DNA from: Clostridia bacterium
GTDB lineage: Bacteria; Bacillota; Clostridia; Oscillospirales; CAG-272
NCBI GenBank assembly: GCA_017938425.1
Contig: JAGBBQ010000033.1
Span: 9,649-73,648, forward strand
DNA: 64,000 nt
Direction: 5' to 3'
Both the position numbers and the translations under genes were made by a program. Each line of letters starts with the position of its first letter. The stretch's first letter is position 1. This document shows, one piece after another, positions 63,852 to 64,000 of this stretch. The notes under the pieces were generated by a model that was given only the letters and a program-made list of their open reading frames with translations, was not told where the DNA came from and ran no database searches.

Positions 63852-64000
63852 TCCTGCCCCTTCAGCCTTTCTGCCATATCATAGGCAACCAGCTCCGCGA
63901 TCAGAGCACCGATATTTCCGTTCATAAAGGCATCAAGGGTGTAGAGCGTTTTTCCGATGCGATGATCCGTCACGCGCGACTGCGGATAGTTATAGGTGCG
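63845..64000 (-). CDS. prfA: Peptide chain release factor 1, C-terminal 51 codons (gene starts beyond the right edge)
   Basis: Hand translation gives [51 protein letters not shown]. It is not in the ORF track. Confidence 0.85.
   Translation of the reverse strand, partial: RTYNYPQSRVTDHRIGKTLYTLDAFMNGNIGALIAELVAYDMAERLKGQEW

Noticed and set aside
1-64000. CRISPR arrays, tRNA, rRNA or tmRNA genes
   Set aside because: I found no regularly spaced direct repeats with unique spacers. I also saw no cloverleaf-type GTTCGAATC/T-loop signatures or rRNA-like segments on either strand when reading by eye. A tRNAscan/Infernal run would be the proper check.

Overview
This 64-kb window comes from a high-GC, spore-forming anaerobic Firmicute. 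Class Clostridia is inferred only from gene content: the yqfC-yqfD-phoH-ybeY-era-recO block, the L21-Prp-L27 operon, and a trimeric HydABC-type [FeFe] hydrogenase. From about 11.8 kb to 64 kb the sequence is ordinary, densely coded chromosome. It carries ribosomal and translation genes (rplU/prp/rpmA, efp, rpsO, pnp, a T-box-controlled thrS, the prfA 3' end, tsaC/sua5) and DNA repair genes (mutS2, recO). It also carries sporulation genes, hexuronate genes (uxaA/uxaB), a heterodimeric ABC exporter, a ParC-like topoisomerase subunit, and a tandem triplication of cytoplasmic GH20-like glycosidase genes. The left 11.7 kb is accessory. It starts with an IS30-family transposase gene cut by the window edge and absent from the ORF track, followed by a palindrome-rich non-coding stretch. 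Next is a roughly 10-kb, visibly more AT-rich element encoding a tyrosine integrase, a tail-less SSB and a Rep_trans rolling-circle initiator. The element also encodes three exported or membrane-anchored proteins, several mini-proteins (including an unlisted 35-aa single-TM peptide) and a 761-aa polytopic-membrane P-loop NTPase. It has no recognisable capsid, terminase, tail or type-IV-secretion genes, and its intergenic DNA is full of hairpins and iterons. I read it as a candidate integrated filamentous (inovirus-like) prophage. The alternative is a non-canonical ATPase-driven transfer element. This is the most interesting object in the window. I saw no rRNA, tRNA or CRISPR arrays. The many long ORFs lying antisense to real genes are GC-bias artefacts. 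All calls rest on reading the sequence and ORF translations by eye; no searches were run.
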